Under the pieces are notes generated by a model. It was not told the DNA's origin. It made no database searches and saw nothing but the letters and a program-made list of their open reading frames with translations. Of a stretch of 64,000 bases of DNA, positions 61,805 to 64,000 are shown one piece after another (position 1 is the stretch's first letter; each line of letters opens with the position of its first letter). The position numbers and the translations under genes are program-made. This stretch comes from Lachnospiraceae bacterium (GTDB taxonomy: Bacteria; Bacillota; Clostridia; Lachnospirales; Lachnospiraceae): the NCBI GenBank assembly GCA_902363555.1, contig CABJAM010000002.1:489709-553708 (forward strand), written 5' to 3'.

Positions 61805-63595
61805 TTGGCTAGAAATCTTATTATCAAAACCAAAATGAAAAAGTTCGGCGACGAAGAAATCGAATGCATCTACACTAAGATGCGTGAGCCGGTCACCATG
61901 GAAGAGCTTGAGAAAATTCCTGTGGAAGAGCGGGAAAATTACGACTATCTGCCGCCGCTGAACCCGCGTACATATATTCCCGAGGACGGAATTTTGTGCG
62001 AACAGGATGTTCCGGTAAAAATGCGTGACGGCGTTACCATTTATGTGGACCTCTATCGTCCGATCACCGAGGAAAAGGTGCCTGTCATCATTTCCTGGAG
62101 TTTTTACGGAAAACGTCCATTTGAAGGACAAAGTGAGTGGAAGGTGATGGGTGTACCGCCCGGAACGATTTCCAATATGTCTAAATTTGAATCCCCCGAC
62201 CCAGGCTTCTGGTGCCGCCAGGGCTACGCCGTAGCCAATGTGGACCCCAGAGGTATCGGTCATTCCGAAGGTGACTTTGAACAGTTCGGTACACAGGATG
62301 GCCGCGATGGCTATGACTTTATCGAGTGGGTGACCGCTCAGCACTGGTGCAACGGAAAAGCCGGTCTTTCCGGAAATTCCTGTGTAGCCATGACCCAGTG
62401 GCGTATCGCCGCTCAGCAGCCGCCACATCTGGCAGCTATTGCCCCATGGGAAGGTACATCGGACTTGATCCGTGAATCTCTGGGTGAGGGCGGCATTCCT
62501 GCTACCAGCTTTGTAAATCTGGTGCTCCAGGAGGCTGTTGGCCCCAACTACATTGACAACACATCGCTGATGTATCAAAAATATCCCTGTATGAACGGCT
62601 ACTGGGCGGATAAGATTCCGGATTTCTCTAAAATAAGAATCCCGGTATATGCTACCTCCTGCTGGAATCATTTCCACCTGCGTGGATCGATGACAGCCTT
62701 CCGTAAAATCCGGACAACAAAGAAGTGGATGCGCTGCCACAGAGATTTTGAATGGCCGGATGCTTACAACCCAAAGAATCTTCAGGATTTGAAGCTGTTC
62801 TTCGACCGCTATCTGAAGGATGTCCGCAACGGCTGGGAGCTGACACCCCGCTACCGCATCGAGGTTCAGGACGCTTATGAATTTTGCGCTCAGACCGACC
62901 GTCCTGAAAATGAATTTCCGTTAAAGCGGACCCAGTACCGCAAGCTCTACTTAAATGCCGCCAATACCTGCGATTTGAAACCGGCGGATAAGGATATGGG
63001 CGAATCAGCCAATGCAGCACTGGAAAATAACCAGCCTGAAAATGAAGCCAGCATTTCCTATGACAGTGAAAAAGGCCTTGTAAACTTCGACTATACCTTT
63101 GATGAGGATACGGAAATCACCGGTTTCTTAAAGATGCGCTTATGGGTAGAAGCTGACGGCCACGACGATATGGATATGTTTGTCAATGTTCAGAAACTGA
63201 GCACTAAGGGCGAATGGCTGCCGATGACCATATTCGGCGAACCGCATCCGGGCGCCTGGGGAAAAATGCGTGCTTCCCGCAGAAAGCAGGATGAATCCCA
63301 GGCGAAAGACTGGCTGCCGGTAATGTCCTACTCTGACATTGAAAAGCTCGCCCCCGGAGAAATCGTTCCGGTGGATATCGAGATCTGGCCAACCAGCCGT
63401 ATCTGGCATAAAGGCCAGCAGCTTCGCGTTCAGATTTCCGGACGCTATATCCGTGAAAACTGGTTTGAACCGCTGATCTGGGATACAGACAATCATGGCC
63501 GCCATATTATCCATACTGGCGGAAAGTATGATTCCTATTTACAGATACCTGTTATTCCTCCAAGATTCCAGGACGGGGATTGTATTTACAGATAA
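61805..63595 (+). CDS. CocE/NonD-family hydrolase (S15 X-Pro dipeptidyl-peptidase-like alpha/beta hydrolase)
   Basis: DPRGIGHSEGDF nucleophile-elbow region. About 600 aa. TTG start 10 nt after AAAGGAGG. Confidence 0.85.
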   Translation: MARNLIIKTKMKKFGDEEIECIYTKMREPVTMEELEKIPVEERENYDYLPPLNPRTYIPEDGILCEQDVPVKMRDGVTIYVDLYRPITEEKVPVIISWSFYGKRPFEGQSEWKVMGVPPGTISNMSKFESPDPGFWCRQGYAVANVDPRGIGHSEGDFEQFGTQDGRDGYDFIEWVTAQHWCNGKAGLSGNSCVAMTQWRIAAQQPPHLAAIAPWEGTSDLIRESLGEGGIPATSFVNLVLQEAVGPNYIDNTSLMYQKYPCMNGYWADKIPDFSKIRIPVYATSCWNHFHLRGSMTAFRKIRTTKKWMRCHRDFEWPDAYNPKNLQDLKLFFDRYLKDVRNGWELTPRYRIEVQDAYEFCAQTDRPENEFPLKRTQYRKLYLNAANTCDLKPADKDMGESANAALENNQPENEASISYDSEKGLVNFDYTFDEDTEITGFLKMRLWVEADGHDDMDMFVNVQKLSTKGEWLPMTIFGEPHPGAWGKMRASRRKQDESQAKDWLPVMSYSDIEKLAPGEIVPVDIEIWPTSRIWHKGQQLRVQISGRYIRENWFEPLIWDTDNHGRHIIHTGGKYDSYLQIPVIPPRFQDGDCIYR

Positions 63596-63607
63596 TCAAC
63601 ATAAAAG

Positions 63608-63649
63608 ACCGGGGAATTGGATTTTTGTATCCAATTCCCCGGTTTTTTA
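63608..63649 (+). terminator. rho-independent terminator
   Basis: ACCGGGGAATTGGAT...ATCCAATTCCCCGGT followed by TTTTTT. Confidence 0.75.
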
Positions 63650-63785
63650 TGCATTTATATCAGTAAAAGCAATGTTTTATTTTCACATTATGAAAGCAGT
63701 TTTTCATCCCCCTTATGTTATAATTATAAACGAATGAACAACATCACTCAACAGCTATTTTCTAAATTAAAGGGGGTATTACCAC

Positions 63786-64000
63786 ATGTCAACCAAGTAC
63801 ATGAAATTGACTTATAAGCCCTTACGCCATCCGGACATACGTCCGATTCGCGAAGGCAGCCGTTCCATCGGCTATGAATTTCCGCTTTATCTGAATTATT
63901 ACCGGGGCATCCATCTGTCCTGCATCAATGAATTTGAAATCAAGGTCGACGGCCAGACCATCTCGCCGCTGTGCCAACTGGGCGACAAGCTTTTCAAGCC
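63786..64000 (+). CDS. hypothetical protein, 5' part only (runs off the window end)
   Basis: AAAGGGGG RBS 9 nt before ATG at 63786. Open to the end of the window. Confidence 0.45.
   Translation, partial: MSTKYMKLTYKPLRHPDIRPIREGSRSIGYEFPLYLNYYRGIHLSCINEFEIKVDGQTISPLCQLGDKLFK

Overview
This 64-kb window reads as Firmicutes/Clostridia chromosome (GC-rich codon usage, AGGAGG-type ribosome-binding sites, V-type ATPase, LplABC-type sugar transporters), most likely Lachnospiraceae-like. It has a short core stretch followed by accessory genes. No rRNA gene, intact tRNA or CRISPR array is present.

Reading left to right:
- The 3' end of a V-ATPase operon (ntpA, ntpB, ntpD).
- A DUF4143 AAA ATPase and a SUV3-like helicase.
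- A Crp/Fnr regulator and thioredoxin.
- A nitrosative-stress cluster (hcp, a 4Fe-4S ferredoxin, an HcpR-like Crp/Fnr regulator, a flavodoxin/rubredoxin-like protein).
- A YesM/YesN-type two-component system.
- A 1463-aa beta-helix-like cell-surface protein with Gly-rich repeats and a repetitive C-terminal sorting region, divergent from an agr-like LytTR two-component system.
- An LplABC-type sugar ABC transporter.
- An SPFH-RtcB operon next to a tRNA 3'-end fragment.
- An island-like block with two tandem WYL regulators, a truncated sensor-like membrane protein and a second DUF4143 ATPase.
- A nucleoside hydrolase / HIT pair.
- A MerR-AKR pair, an amidase and an orphan solute-binding protein.
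- An ASST-like sulfotransferase, an AraC regulator fused to a GH39-like domain, a GH2 beta-galactosidase with its AraC regulator, and a TetR-regulated CocE/NonD hydrolase.

The most interesting locus is a compact class II lanthipeptide operon on the minus strand: an AgrA-like LytTR response regulator, an AgrC-like kinase, a 46-aa precursor ORF that falls below the ORF-track cutoff, a 1037-aa LanM synthetase and an XRE regulator. No LanT, protease or immunity genes are present.

A family of about 30-bp palindromic intergenic repeats (GTAACAGTTCAG-N5-7-CTGAACTGTTAC) recurs at least 11 times at gene boundaries. Most genes on the opposite strand from real genes in the six-frame ORF track are antisense artefacts of GC-rich coding sequence and are not reported.
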